Made by a program: the position numbers and the translations under genes. From positions 3,176-67,175 of IMG/VR virus record IMGVR_UViG_3300042860_001108: 64,000 nucleotides of DNA. One strand, 5' to 3'. The notes beneath the pieces are model-generated. The model had not been told where the DNA came from, searched no databases, and worked only from the letters and a program-made list of their open reading frames with translations. Source of the DNA: a virus. Shown here in pieces: positions 63,847 to 64,000 of this stretch (the first letter of the stretch is position 1; each line of letters starts with the position of its first letter).

Positions 63847-64000
63847 ATGGCCTACCCCTCGGTAGACGCCCCTTACGGGCTAAAGCCGATCAATTTGATC
63901 GGTGGGCAGGTGTTTGCGGGTTCTACCCGTTCCCTGCCGATTCAGTACGGCTACGCTACGGACATCTTCTACGGTGAATTCGTGGTGCTCAGTCGTGGTT
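63847..64000 (+). CDS. Putative head protein, 3' truncated
   Basis: AGGAG RBS; MAYPSVDAPYGLKPINLIGGQVFAGSTR...IFYG. Confidence 0.7.
   Translation, partial: MAYPSVDAPYGLKPINLIGGQVFAGSTRSLPIQYGYATDIFYGEFVVLSRG

Noticed and set aside
1-64000. tRNA genes, integrase/att site, reverse transcriptase or diversity-generating retroelement, alternative genetic code
   Set aside because: None recognised by eye, and core genes are intact under the standard code; tRNAscan and HMM searches would be needed to exclude them formally

Overview
The window is an almost complete, circularly permuted dsDNA tailed-phage genome with podovirus-like organisation. It starts inside the 3' end of a Mu-gpT-like major capsid gene and ends inside a head-module gene, so probably only about 1-1.5 kb is missing (inference). 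Plus strand 57.2-64 kb and 0-33.9 kb carries the packaging, head, tail, lysis and ejection genes, ending in a 3410-aa polyvalent protein. Minus strand 33.8-56.7 kb carries the replication module (primase/DUF927-like, SSB-like, SNF2 helicase, Cas4-like nuclease, PolA, VRR-NUC) and about 30 small early genes separated by two families of repeated palindromes. Four features stand out. (1) A 289-aa intein in helicase motif II has no in-frame endonuclease, but a Vsr/DUF559-type nuclease is encoded entirely inside it in the +1 reading frame. (2) An endonuclease VII-type gene behind the capsid gene is flanked by 9-bp direct repeats that each supply a stop codon and a -35 box, and its RBS sits in a hairpin. 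(3) A pseudoknotted RNA resembling the Mu-gpT-DE motif follows it. (4) A [YFML]-A-x-G-G motif recurs about 15 times across 8 late-region proteins. I found no integrase, tRNA or CRISPR array. All family assignments are by motif recognition and synteny, not database search.
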